Origin: Octopus bimaculoides
Lineage: Eukaryota
Direction: 5' to 3'
Length of the DNA: 64,000 bases
Assembly (NCBI RefSeq): GCF_001194135.2
Contig: NC_068988.1
Location: 13,407,305-13,471,304, forward strand
The first letter of the stretch is position 1. Each line of letters begins with the position of its first letter. Positions 63,788 through 64,000 of the stretch are shown here, piece after piece. A program made the position numbers and the translations under genes. Below the pieces are notes generated by a model. That model did no database searches. It had not been told where the DNA came from and worked only from the letters and a program-made list of their open reading frames with translations.

Positions 63788-64000
63788 TCATCATCATCAT
63801 CATCATCATCGTTTAACGTCCGCTTTCCATGCTAGCATGGGTTGGACGATTTGACTGAGGACTGGTGAAACCGGATGGCAACACCAGGCTCCAGTCTGAT
63901 TTGGCAGAGTTTCTACAGCTGGATGCCCTTCCTAACGCCAACCACTCAGAGAGTGTAGTAGGTGCTTTTACGTGTCACCCGCACGAAAACGGCCACGCTC
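63788..64000 (-). mobile_element. RTE 3' end, young copy running off the window
   Basis: (CAT)n+gtttaacgtccgctttccatgctagcatggg...; about 5 differences from the 4596-4816 copy over ~190 nt. Confidence 0.88.

Noticed and set aside
55124-64000. Search for upstream TRAPPC13 exons and a nested SHLD3-like gene
   Set aside because: No NIFLGETF- or MRL.KP-type motifs and no long ORF found; the 5' region is presumably outside the window

Overview
AT-rich, microsatellite- and retroposon-dense eukaryotic draft scaffold with nine N-gaps. The repeat landscape (tRNA-head SINEs, RTE LINE fragments, TTAA/TA/hAT-type MITEs) suggests a coleoid cephalopod, probably Octopus (inference). Two spliced genes were reconstructed by hand, arranged tail-to-tail and both missing their 5' exons. 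(1) On the + strand, an SGT (SGTA/SGTB-family) TPR co-chaperone: 9 coding exons at 2989-16824, 246 aa plus stop. (2) On the - strand, TRAPPC13: 8 coding exons at 55123-17908, 307 aa plus stop. All splice phases close in frame. The stop codons are 1083 bp apart and share a palindromic two-way poly(A) signal; from recall, the same convergent pair exists at human 5q12.3. The most unusual structures are long intronic inverted repeats: a 280-bp stem with 2 mismatches and a ~170-bp stem, both in the 18-kb TRAPPC13 intron and both covering cryptic stop-containing exon candidates, plus a foldback-like element with ~176-bp TIRs in an SGT intron. Apart from these exons and one RT fragment, none of the supplied ORFs could be supported as genes.
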